Source: Acutalibacteraceae bacterium (lineage in GTDB: Bacteria > Bacillota > Clostridia > Oscillospirales > Acutalibacteraceae). From it: a stretch of DNA of 64,000 bases. Position numbers and translations under genes: made by a program. The notes below the pieces were generated by a model. It searched no databases and was not told where the DNA came from. It saw only the letters and a list, made by a program, of their open reading frames with translations. Positions 35,732-48,200 of the stretch are shown one piece after another (the stretch's first letter is position 1; the number at the start of each line of letters is the position of its first letter). The stretch spans positions 3,705 to 67,704 of the forward strand of contig JAZNMK010000009.1 in assembly GCA_045579585.1 (NCBI GenBank), written 5' to 3'.

Positions 35732-36286
35732 GTATCAGTATATATATTACTAAGTCTTGTATGCTGTCAAGCCCCGATACACAATATGTTGATTTTGCCG
35801 AATTTCGTACGAGCTGCGAATTACGGTACGGTCGGCAGATTGAGGGCTGCGGCAGTGCAAAAAGCAACCCGACGAGGGTCAGGCGGAGGGTTGTGGGAGC
35901 AAATGCAAGGCAAAAAGCTTCGCTGCACAAGGTGCGGTTGCCGGCGGTCAGGCCGGCAAAGGCGCTGCGGCTGTTTTTCCGGTGGCGGCAGCGGCGAAGT
36001 TTCTCGTAGGGGATGGGTCTCCCGTCCCGAGCGGACGATATTTTCAATCGGAGCGGGGGACGTGTCCCCTACTCGCAACCGGTTAGGTTGCAGCACCCTT
36101 GCGGTGCGTTGAGCAAAAACACTTTTGCGGTTTATGCCGCATTTACCGTCCCTGCGAAATTCAACCGGAGTTTTATCGCAACCCTTTTGTCGGGCTTTAT
36201 GCCCGGCAGCCCATTCGGTCAGAGTGGGTTCGCAGTCCCTTGCGGATTGCAAAAGTCCAAACTATTCTCAAGGAGGAAATTCGATT
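35732..36286 (+). promoter_or_regulatory. ~555-nt structured 5' leader of the giant gene (unclassified RNA element)
   Basis: GC-rich block 35800-36260 in an otherwise AT-rich spacer. Nested hairpin 36006-36072: GTAGGGGA/TCCCCTAC, then GTCTCCCG/CGGGGGAC with a G-U pair. Further hairpins at 36075-36091, 36093-36107, 36126-36141, 36189-36207 and 36232-36250. No credible ORF. Confidence 0.5.
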
Positions 36287-39200
36287 ATGAGAATAACGAA
36301 GAAAATCATCTCATTGCTTCTCGTAGTTTCGATGATGGCATCGTTCTTTGCTATGACCGGCTTTGTGGCGAGTGCAAGTCTGCAGAATCAGCAAGTGACA
36401 GACTTTGGCATTCATTTTGACGACACAACGCGTAAGCTCAAAGTGCTTCAGCTGCCCGATATTCAGACATCGGTCAGCGGCGGCTCTATCACCGAGCGTA
36501 CGAGAGAGACTATCCGCTTGCTGATGCAGCGCTACAACCCCGACGTTATCCTGCTTACAGGTGACCAGACTCAGGGCGGCAGCAGCTCTACAAAGTCACA
36601 GTGGGAGAGTGCAATTAACAGAGTTTACAACACATTTTCTCCGTACATGAAATCCACCTGTAAGGTTATCGCAATGCCCGGTAACCATGAGTACGATTTC
36701 GGCTCACTCAACCACCAGTGGGAGTACCAGATGGACAGATATGCATACTTTGTCGACTGGGATAACAACTTCAGCACCATCGACCTTGACGGTGCACCCG
36801 GTGCAGGTAACGTTACAGTCAGCGCAAGCTCAACAAACAAAGCTGTTGCGCTCAACTTTGCCATCTTCAACTCAAAGGGTGACGATGACGAAGGCTATCT
36901 CCGTCCCGGTGGAGACAACGAGACTGCATACCAGCAGATCGTCAACTGGTATACCAACATGAACAACACCCTTGCAGGCAGCCAGTACAGCTATAAGGCA
37001 CAGAAGACGGGCGCAGCTTCGGCTTACGTTCCCACCTTTGCTGCACAGCACGTTATCCTGCAGGAAATCTACACCACAGGTGCAATTATTGCAGGTGACG
37101 CATCAAACGGTGTTCCCGCAATTGAAAAGTACAGTTCGCTTAACCAGGGTAAGGCTTATCTCCGCCTTGATCCTGACAACAATCCCGGCGGTGCGATGAA
37201 CGAGGCTCCCTGTCCGTCAACACTCGGTGCAGGCAGCACGGCTGCGCTCTACAATGCGCTCCTCACTCCCGGTAACCTTCTCGGTATGACCTTTGGTCAT
37301 GACCATAACAACTATTTCGACGTTGTTGACGATAACGGCTTCCACTTCTATATGGGTGGTGCTCTTACACAGGAGAACTACAACGACGACCAGAACCCCA
37401 AGGGTCGTTATTTTGAGTTCACACTTAACGACACAACAGGTGACGTTGACGTTACTTCAGAGGTTAGGAGCTACACTCAGCTCTCTGTTACAAGCTCCGC
37501 AGACGTTACATCCGACCGTGTTGAGGTCATCAACGGTGACGGTGCTCAGCTTGTCAACACACTCTCTGTTCCCAAGACTGTTTACATCGGTGCAGCGGAG
37601 AACCTTGCAGACGTTCGTGCAAAGCAGGAATTCGGTAATGTTGTACAGACCCAGCTTCTTGACTATAAGACCAAAACGCCATACGACCAAGACCTTTCGG
37701 TCAACTACTGTCTGCCCGCAGACGCAACGGATATCGTGTTCAGCGCTCACAGAACAATCGGTAACGCTCAGGCAACGCTCACAAACCTCGGCACCGAAAC
37801 AACAAGCGAGGGCGTGCTCTATAAGTACGCCATCAAGGGCGAGAGCGTGCTTACTGCAGGCGAGTACATCAACTACAGCGTAAGATATAAATACAACGGT
37901 GTTCAGTACGAAATCCGTAACAGCACAGTTGTTGAGAATATCAAGCAGCCCGCAGGTTACAACGATTGGTTCCGCGGCTTCCGTGAAAGCAACAACTCCA
38001 AGCACTATGTTGACCTTGCTTATATTGCTACGCTTTCCGGCCCCGGTGCATACAGCGTATCGCGTGAAACATCGCAGAACAGCGGTGAGTTCAACTCCAA
38101 CACCTACTTTAACTACTCTCTTATGATTGCCGACGTTGACCAGTCATGGTACAACAAGGCGGGCGACACACGCTTCAGCATGTTCCGCTTCAGCCCCAGC
38201 CGTAGAGAAGTTACGGAGGGTTTGGTTTCACAGCGTGCAATCTACGCTCCTCCCAGAACAGATATCTACCTTGACGCTTCAGCAATGCCGAAGGTTTCCG
38301 CAACTGATACCAGACTTGACACAGGCGTCAGCATCGATTTCTGGATTCAGAAGGACCTTGACCGTGGCTTTTCAGAGACCATTGCCGGTATCGGCTTCTA
38401 TCCCGGCGATCAGGACTTTAATCCCTCCGGCGCAACCATCGACTGGGACAGAAACGTCAGATACAGCAGCTACAATGCAGCTGTTACCGCAGAAAACAAC
38501 TCAACCGGTAGCGGCGGTACAATCGACGAAGCAAAAATCTTCTTCTATGAGACGTTTGCTCACGAGGAGAGCCTTTACGGCCTCGGCACAACACACGTCA
38601 ACGGCAACTACCTGCCCGACAATAAGCTCGGTAATATGGCAGGTCAGTACAAGGGTTATCCCCTTGTTGTTGACAGCAAGGATGCAGTTCTTGCCCTCAA
38701 CGGCAAGGATATGACAATGTTCACAGGTGTGCGTAATAAGGGTAGCTCCGACGGCGGTTACCGAATCCTTCTCTATGCGGTAGCTCCGTACTACCTCAAC
38801 TTCCACACCTACGATAAGGGCGCGCTCCGTGAGCTCACAATGGCTGAACTCATGAACCCCCGTAAACAGAGCGATTACCCCAATGCTACACAGCAGATGT
38901 GGGACGCTTATATGTCTGCTTACCAGAATGCTCTTACCTGCTACGTACAGAATCAGACAACGCAGACAGATGTTGACAACTTCAATACAGCCCTTAATAG
39001 CGCTATTGCAGCCCTGCTTAACTCCAACAAGGGTAAGCCCGACGAGAGCAACCTCCTTAAGGGCACAAGCCAGTTTGAATCAATTGATATTCCGCCTATC
39101 ATTTATGTAAGCAGCGACTCAAAAATCCAGACTGCTGCTCCCTACACAGACCGTGTTATCAAGTTTGACGTTCCCTCGGGCGCAACAAACGTAAGCTGTG

Positions 39201-42200
39201 TAGTTGTTAACGCAGGCAACGATAACGTTAACTCTGCTGTTACGCTTTCACCCGCTTCGGGCAACGGCAACAGCACGCATTATGAGTATACTGTTTCCGA
39301 CGGCACTGTATCAGCAGGCGGCAGCATTTATTATAAACTTTCATATACTCTTCCGCAGGACCTTAACAAGGACGGCAAGAACGATACATACACTCAGTAT
39401 GCCGCATCCTATGTAAAGGGTGTTCCGAATACGGAAGGTGTATGGATTAACCAAACCAGACGAAGCAGATCCGTTCTTTCTAGAGACACGAGAGTCAGTG
39501 CAAGAGTTACTTTGAGCATGGATAGCAATATTTTTAGTTCAAGAGGCGTATCGGGCATTATGGCTCTTTACGGCGGTGTTCAGGGTACATCCTTCCACAC
39601 AACCGTTGTAAACGGCTCAACCAACGATTATACAAGACATAGTGGTAGTGCTGTTAACTGGGCTGTAGGAACTAACGAATGGAAAGGTGATGGTAACGGA
39701 TCCGGTTATACAGCTGCTGGTAGAGTTTTGTTCTACAACAGAAGAGGTCACGTTAAGTTTAATTCCGGACAACCGTACTTTAACGGTCTATATAATTATT
39801 CGACCGACAGTACAATTAATACCGGTGGTAATAATTCAGATGAATATGTTGTTGCCCATCTTTATTTTGATCCGCAGGCTACAGGTGCAAGTGTAGCCCC
39901 AAGGTTTAAGCTTTCGATTACAACCCATAATGCCGGTGAATCAGATACACCGACAATCTATAAATATTGGGATGCTAATGCTTATTCCGGTGTTAACTAC
40001 AGCGGTGACTATGTAAGTAAATCGCCGAATGTTTCTTCGTCCGGTATGTTTACTCAATCGGCAACAGGTAGTAATAGCTCGTGGGCATCTGACGGCACTA
40101 TCTCTCTTGGAGACAATGCGGTATATGAAACATATCTAAATACTAACAAGTCTCTGTCAGGATTTACAAATTCAGCTACATATTCCAGACTTATTATTCA
40201 TGCCGAAAAGAAAGATAGTAATGAATACAATAATGCGCTTATGGGTTTTGGCTTTGTAATCAACCGAGTTGACAGAAGCCAGGCTCACCAGGCAATCAAA
40301 TGGGCTACAGGTCAGGAGCTTGTTGAGCCCTCCGCACTCTTTAATGAGGACGAGATGGACCCCGAATGGTGGTCACAGTGGCGTGGCGAGATAATGAAGG
40401 CTTACACAAAGTGCGGTAACCTTTGGGAAACTACCGACTTTGATACGTCGCTACTTATCAACCTCTGGCAGAACCCTGTTTACAAGGATGCTGACTACTC
40501 ACAGCTTGTAAGCACACTTAAGGATATCGCGGGCGATGCAGTTGAAAACGAAAGCATCCCCGATTTCGATGCGATTACGTTTGCTATTTCACAGTTTGAT
40601 GACCAGCGTTATCAGGGACAGAGATACGCAAGGGATATGTTCGTTAACAACGCAACAGACCTTATCAACGTAATCAAAAACAGAACTACTGTTTACGGTG
40701 AAGTAGACTCAAACGGTATTGCTGCAAGCGACTCTGCAGGCAACCTTCACGATTCTCACCTTGACGTTCGCTTCCAGAAGTATATCGACGATTATGCTAC
40801 TGATCTTCAGGAGGCTTGGGAAAGACTCCGTCTTGCTCCGGCAGATTATACTGCTTTTAATAAGTATGCAAATTATTATAATGAAACAGACGATACCATT
40901 CTCTTTATGCGTGACGAATATGCAGGCTACAACAACGACGGCACTGCAAAGAACTACGCAAATGAGAAGGCTCTTGCAAGCGGTGTATACACCTATACTA
41001 CATATATTGCTTTCAAGAATTCACTCAACATTGACCCAACCCTCAAAAAGCCCAGTGAGACTGCGGTTATCGGCTCACTGCCCAGGCTCTATCCGCAGAC
41101 ATTCACTTATAAGAACGTAGCATTACCCGATGTTCCGGACACTACAGTTTGTCTCTACAACACAGCCCGTGATGCATACGAGGCACTTGAATTCAGACGT
41201 GCAGGTGAGTATTACTCTGCTGACGGTTCATACACCGAGGGCGGCATAACCTACTATGCTGATTACAACAAGCAGGACCGTGGCGCAAACTATGTTTACA
41301 CACCTGTATTCAGAACAAGCTACAATTCGCTTACAGCTGATATTAAAGATGCAGGTTTCGTTGTTACAGATAATAAGGTAAAAGTAACCTATAATAACGG
41401 CAACAACGGCGATATCGACGGAGACGGTCAGCCGGATGCTAACGAAATCTGGGTGCTCAAAGGTGACCGCAGCCCCTTAAAGCCTATCAACCCCTGGACT
41501 GATGCTTCATGGGGCGGCGCAAGCTATGGCTTCAGTGATGCTTATAAGGAGCACATCCTCAACGAAACAAGCACCTATAAGTCAACAAATGAAAGCTCCA
41601 AGTGGGTTCTTGCCCTCTTTGTAGAGGCTGAGATTCTTACTGACATCGCTACTGTTGACTATTACTATGACAAGCTCGTTCCCTCATCATACGATCTTGG
41701 ACAGTACAACTATCAGAAGGACGAGGTTTTCGCACCTTACGAGTTGGGAGGCGGAAGCTATAATGCTGCTATGGCTCTGCTCGCAAACAACGGTTACGTT
41801 CCTTGCGATGCACAGGGCAACCCGATTACAGGCGGTGCAGTATGGTACGAAGCTGCCTCATGGAGCGAGTACCAGGCTTCAAAGGAGATACTGCCCAACA
41901 TTATCGACGGTGCAACCCTTAAGGAAAACCAGGATGCTATCAACTATGCTACCGGTGTTATCTATCAGAAGAGAGAAGAGCTCCAGCATAAACTTATAAC
42001 AGAGTTTATGGTTAAAGATAGTGAGGGTAACATTAAGACGTTTGATTCCATCCTCGCAGACCTGAATGCAAAACGCGCAGAAATTCAGGGCGTACAGGTT
42101 GACGTATTCGGTCTCAGAGGTAACGAAGATAACGTTGTAACACCCAAAACATATGCCGATGCTACACAGAACGGCGCAACCCAGGGCCCGCTCTTTGTTA

Positions 42201-45200
42201 AGCATAACTATTATAACGACGACTATATAGATAATCTCATCGGCAAAATAACAGTTGTCAACTCATTTGCAGATAAAGATGCTGAAGGTAAAGATAAGAC
42301 ACTTGCTGGTTATCTTGAACAGTATCTCACTGCTGTAAATGATTTCACAAAACTTTATAATGATCGTGCTAATCCGGCATATGTTAACAAGGCTAATACT
42401 TATTACCTTGAAATACTCCTTAACAAAGATTGGATTCCGCCTTACGATAAGTACGGCACAGAGAACGCAAAGCCCACCGGCGGTTGGTTCCTCGGTGAGG
42501 AATTCGACGGTTCAAGCTGGTACACAGAGGAAAGCTGGGAAGAGTACGTTACAGCAAGAAACAACGCAGTCAGCTTCTTCGGCGAACCCGGTGCAACTCA
42601 GGGCGCAACGGCCTTCGACGGCTACAAAGTTTTCACCGGCACCTATTACGGCACAGCCAGCCAGCCCGTGCTTGGTCAGTACACCGTTCTTAATCAGGGC
42701 GCTAAGTTCAACATTGACCTTGATCCCGCATCACCGACATACGGTAAGCCTATTGCTGTGGACGGTTCCGATCTTACAGGCTCTGTAAATAAGGCTACTT
42801 ACGATCTCGTTGTTGCTTACTATAAGCTCACCTTTAAGAAGGTTAGCGATTTCGACGGCACAATCGAAGGCGTACCGGGTACAGGCTACAACGGTATCAT
42901 CACAGAACTTAACGGATTGATCAGTGAAAAGGAAAATGCAAAGGTTGACGTTGTTATCCTCAACGCTAACGGTGAACTTGAAATTGTTCAGAGGTCTATC
43001 TACGGTGATGAAGCTATCGCTGCTGTAAAGGATCTGGCAGCTAAGATTGCAGCTCTTGCAAATGAAGACCTCGGTCCTAAGTATCTGGAATACGTTGAAA
43101 AAGTAAACGCTTGCAAGAAGGCTATTGATGAGCTTAAAGAGGTTCCCGTTTACCTTGACGGTTGGAACGCTATCTTCGCTCACCTCAATGAAAACGCAGG
43201 TGATGTAGCTACAATCTCTGAGTCCGGTAATATGACAGCTTACTTCAATGCTGTTTATGACGGCTTCAACCCCGATGGTATTTATGCTGAGGGTGGTACT
43301 CAGTCCATCAATAATATTTTCACAATGAAGGCATTTGCTGACTCTATGAGCCCCACGGCAAAGTCAGCTCAGGCACAGTATAATGGCTTCGTTACAAACC
43401 TTTATAACGAGCTTAACGCACTTGCTCTCACACCCAAGCAGGTTACGAGTGCAGCTCAGGCTGCTATGGTTAAGCTTTCACAGGCTTCACAGCCTGCTTA
43501 CGACCCGATTCAGCTTAACGGCAGAGCTAAGGTACAGGGTATTTCCAAATTCTCACCCGCATCGGTTACTGCGGCTACAAACCTCGTTACAACAGTAAAC
43601 TCCACAAAGGTAACACTCTGGGATACAAAACCGGCAGTTACAGGTTATAACAACGGTGCAGGCGTAATTGTTGACGGTTCACTCGCTGACGAAATCTGGG
43701 CAGCAGTAGGTCTCGCCAATGCGTCCGGCACGAAGGATTACAACGGTGCAGACCGCGACAACAGATATCTCCTTGTTGAAGGCGGCCAGTTTGTTGATGC
43801 TCTTAACGATGCTATCGCTTATGCTAAGGACGAACTCTATGAGGCAGATGGCGTAACAGTTAAGCAGTTTGAGGTTGTTACAGGCGAAGGCGAAATAATT
43901 TCGGCACCTGTCTTTACTGATGAATCTGTTACGGATCTTGTTAACGCTCTTGCAGCAGCAGTTGTTACAGATACAACAACTCAGGCACAGATTGACCAGT
44001 GGGTATTCGATATCCTCGAAAACACCGATATCGATAACAAAATCCCCCTTCTTGCTGAGGATGGCACGTTCTACGGCACGCTCAACAATACAGCGGAAGA
44101 TGAGGGTCTTAAGTATAAGCCCGCTGACTATACATACCTCGATAAAGAGCTTGGTACCGCATTTACAAGTGAATCTGAAGGTGCTCAGGCAATTATCGAT
44201 ATGATATGGCTTGACAACGGCGACGGTACTTACACACTCGATCCCCAATACGGTAACACAAACGGTGCCAAGTATTTCACATCAGAAACATGGACACCTT
44301 ACTACACCAATTATTCAAATGCTCTTAACACGAACATTGTTCCCAGAGATCTTACAGCTAATGATCAGGATAAGATCAATGCGTATACAACAGGCATTTA
44401 TACCACAAGAAATGAGCTTAAATGGAACGGTGTTGAAGAAAGCGTATGGACACAGATTGATAATGTTGGTAATAAGATCGGTAAACTTGAATCTCAAACC
44501 TTTACTGTATTTACATTCACAAACAGTGAAGTTCAGATTCTTGAAGACGGTACACGTGTTCTTACAGCGCCCACTATAGGTGAAAAGAGTGTTTCCGCTT
44601 ACGGTGACGTTTCTCACATCCTCTCACTTTGGGCTACATTCAATGCCAACTACCTTAAGTCACAGCTTGATATCACAAAGCAGGCAGAGATGCTTGAGAA
44701 GCTGCAGGAAATCAATGATATATACAATTCTCTCGAAACAAAGAGATTTGATACAGATGAGAACAATGAGTTCACAGAAGGTGTAAGAAACCTTGTTGAC
44801 AGCTTTATCGCAGGTACTTACACATTCAACGGATTCTCCTCCAGCGACGGTATCGGCACATATGTTCCCGATTACCAGGCAGTTGCTCAGGGCACAAACG
44901 TTAATGCATATGAACAGCGTGTCCGTGACGAGCAGCGTATCTTTATCCAGAGCAAGCTCAACGCTCTTTACACAATCATCGGCTCCGGTATGGAGGCCGG
45001 CGACGTTTACCTGGATAATGCCAGCGGCGATCGTTATGATACAGCTATGGATGCTGTTAATACAATCGCAACCGAGCTTTATGAGTACCTTACAACAACT
45101 CCCGCTCAGTACGCAGGCTTCGGTCTTGATATGAGACAGGGTATGTACGATTATCTCTCAACCGAGATCGTCGTTGCAGTTGATTACAGATTCGCTGCAA

Positions 45201-48200
45201 CAAAACCGCTCTACACAAAGAGTGTACCGATGTTCACTCCGGAAGCACTCAGCGGTGTAAAGGAAGTACTTGACGGTACAGGTGAAGACGGTAACTTCGG
45301 TGAATTCGGTAATGTTGATAACTGGCCGATGATCAGCCAGCTTGACAGTTCTGTAGGTATCGAGCTCACAGAAAACACAGCGGTTGAACAGCTTACATTC
45401 CAGCGACCCATAGGTTATGATGAGGAGACAGGCGAGACAAGTTACGAAGAAGTATATGTCAACAGCGGCATCCTTTCATTCGTAAACGGCTACTCTTACA
45501 TTTACGGTGATGTTCACGGCGCTGTCAATGGGCACGATACAGTAGCACTTGATTGGCTCGTAAATACAGCAGTTGTCTATGATGATACAGACGTTTACTT
45601 CCTTGCAGATACAAACGGTCCTGTAGACATAAACGGAGACGGTGTGCTCTTCCACTACACAATGGATGCTGGTGTCAATAGAGACGGTGAATGGTACAAC
45701 GAGGGTTACGGTACTGATCTCAACCAGGACGGAACAAGATACTATCTTGCATCAGATCCCGAAAATAGAGTAACAGGCAGTGAATATGGCGGTTGGTTCA
45801 CAAACGCAACATATGAAGCTGTTATGCAGCAGAAGGATGATTCAGCAGCATATATCGATTATGCAGGCTATACCTTCGGTGGCGGTCCTGTTGCAATTCC
45901 CGTCAGAGAGCAAATTGAAAACGAACCCACAGAGTACGGTGTATGCTGGAACGCTGAAAACAGAAATGCATACATCAACGCTATCCAGCAAGACCAGTCT
46001 GATGTTGACGGTGCAGCAGCAGATCTGTATGAAAAGCTCTGCTTGCTCGAACTTCTTCCCGCAACAGATGCGTACAGATATGTTGCAGGCCTCATCTACG
46101 ATGCTCTCGGTCTGGTTCCGCTCTATGAGGATGATGATATTACCGGTATCATTATTGAAGACGGTGACGGTGAACTTGTAGAACATAAAGATGATGAAGG
46201 CAATAAGTTGGGTGGTTATCTGTATAACCTCTCACTTATGGATGACCTTACATCTTACACACCTGTTTATGATGAAGAAGGAAATTATGTTATCGGCTGC
46301 TACTCACAGCAGCTTCCCGATAGCTATTATGATGCTAAGAACGGAAAGAGCGGAGCAGATGCAGTATACGCTATCCGTGATCTGCTTCGTGAAAAGATTA
46401 GTGATGGTGTTGTAACAATAGATCAAGCAGATGCTCTCGTTCTTGCCGATGAAAACAGCGTCAAGTCAGAGATTCTCACAGCGCTTAAGGGCCTCGGCCT
46501 CGGCAAGGCAGATCTCAGCCTCATCACATCTCTTGTAGCGGCATTCCTCTTCAATAGCCCGGGTAATGAAAATGCACTCGGCTCATACGATATTAACGAT
46601 AAGGGCATAGGCAAACAGTTCTTTGATACACACTTTACACTCGGTAAGGGTGGTAATGCAGCTGTATACATAGATGACCCATTAATGAAGCTGGCAACAG
46701 ATAAATATCATGCAAGCGGTTTCTATGATTACACAAATTATACAGATGATTCTATCTTACCTATCATTCAATTCCTTGAAAACAAAGATATCGTCAGTGA
46801 TAAAGTTTCCGCACAAGCATATGACTATGTTGCAATGGGCTTCAATATTGTATTCAATCCTGAAATCGATTCAACGGTTTGCGGCTCTCTTTACGATACA
46901 CCCGCAACACAGCAGGATATGATTGACGGTATCTACAGAGAACTTGTAACGCTTATCAATGCTCTTGAGCTTGATAAGGCCTATACAGTTGATCTCATAA
47001 AACAGATTGATGCTGCTGACGGTATTATGCTTAATGAGGATATTTACGATCACGAGGCGGTAGATACCGGCGGAAATAACATCTGGAACGAGTTCGTTGA
47101 GGCTCGCAAGAACGCTGAAAACTATAAGAATGCTACAGTTATCAACGAGTATCAGGTTGGTCAGGCTAAGGAAAGACTTGAGGTTGCAATAAGAGCACTC
47201 GTGCTTTATGTAGATACTTTTGCTCCCATTGTAACTATTCACAATACACAGACTGATCTGAGCAAGTTCTATGCAGAACATGCAACAGAGCTCAGCAATA
47301 CAATTCATTCTGCCTCCCAGATGGTAACAGCGTCCTATATGGAGCCCGGTCTTGGCGGCTATACACTCTACGTATACACCAACCAGCTCAACCCGCACAT
47401 TGTTGTTTCTCTTAAGGATACAACAAGCGTTCTCAACGGTGACGGTTCTGCAAGAACGGTTACAGCCTCCAAGCCTGAGAAGCTTTCGGTTTCCGCACAG
47501 GCTATGAACGGTGTATCCGCAAACGTCATCACTCCTGTTCTCGATGCAACAACAGGTAGACCCCTCAGCTCTGTTTCTACAAAGCTTACGGGTGCAACAA
47601 CTGTTTCTGCTCAGACAGCAAAAAATGCAGAGGGCACATACGATGCAGATTCATCTGCATATATCATCCTCAATCCCCAGTTCAGTGACGCAGACGGTAC
47701 ACAGCAGGCAGCAGCTTACACAATCGGTGCAACAGACTCTGCTGTTACCAAGGATGCTGCAACAAACGAGATTACCGAAAAAGCAAACGGTGTTGAGAGC
47801 TTCAACTATGCAAACAACCCCGAGCTTATCGAAACAACGTCAAAAGGCAAGATTACAGTATTCGTTTACTATATGAATTCTATGCCTGCTGACGGTTCCG
47901 ACGATGGATTTGCAGCTGACGGTTCAGTTAACGGTTCCGCAATTCTTACATATGCTGAGAACGACGGCCTTGCTGCTGATGAGTGGAACTCAAGATACGG
48001 CCTGCTCAGAAAGTTCAACGGTTCTGTTAAAAATTGGGAATTCAGCGATATCAATAAGGATCTCAACGAAGGTGCTGTTTATGTTGATCCCACATTCGGT
48101 GAGAATAACTTCGGCAGCTTTATCTACAAGCTCGATCCCACTGCGACAAAGGGTCTGGATTACGATATAGCAAAGATTTACTTTGAGCAGGGTGCAGACG

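Noticed and set aside
35850-35990. Possible c-di-GMP riboswitch (expected upstream of giant surface proteins in Clostridia) or SRP-RNA-like segment (GGTCAGGCCGGCAAAGGCGCTGC)
   Set aside because: GEMM-I hallmarks (GGCAAACC...GACGCAAAGCC...GGGTTACC spacing) and the class II motifs I remember are not present. The SRP domain IV GGAA tetraloop and AGCAGCC are absent, and the context is a 5' leader. This needs cmscan to be definitive.
36125-36286. Track start of the giant ORF at 36125 (54 extra residues)
   Set aside because: No RBS. The extension (MRFMPHLPSLRNSTG...) precedes a textbook signal peptide that starts at ATG 36287 behind AGGAGG.
35132-36420. Cluster of 60-164-aa ORFs on both strands in the spacer upstream of the giant gene
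   Set aside because: Translations are low-complexity (Phe/Lys-rich in the AT part, Arg/Gly/Pro-rich in the GC part). They lack RBSs and overlap one another. The region behaves as promoter plus structured leader.
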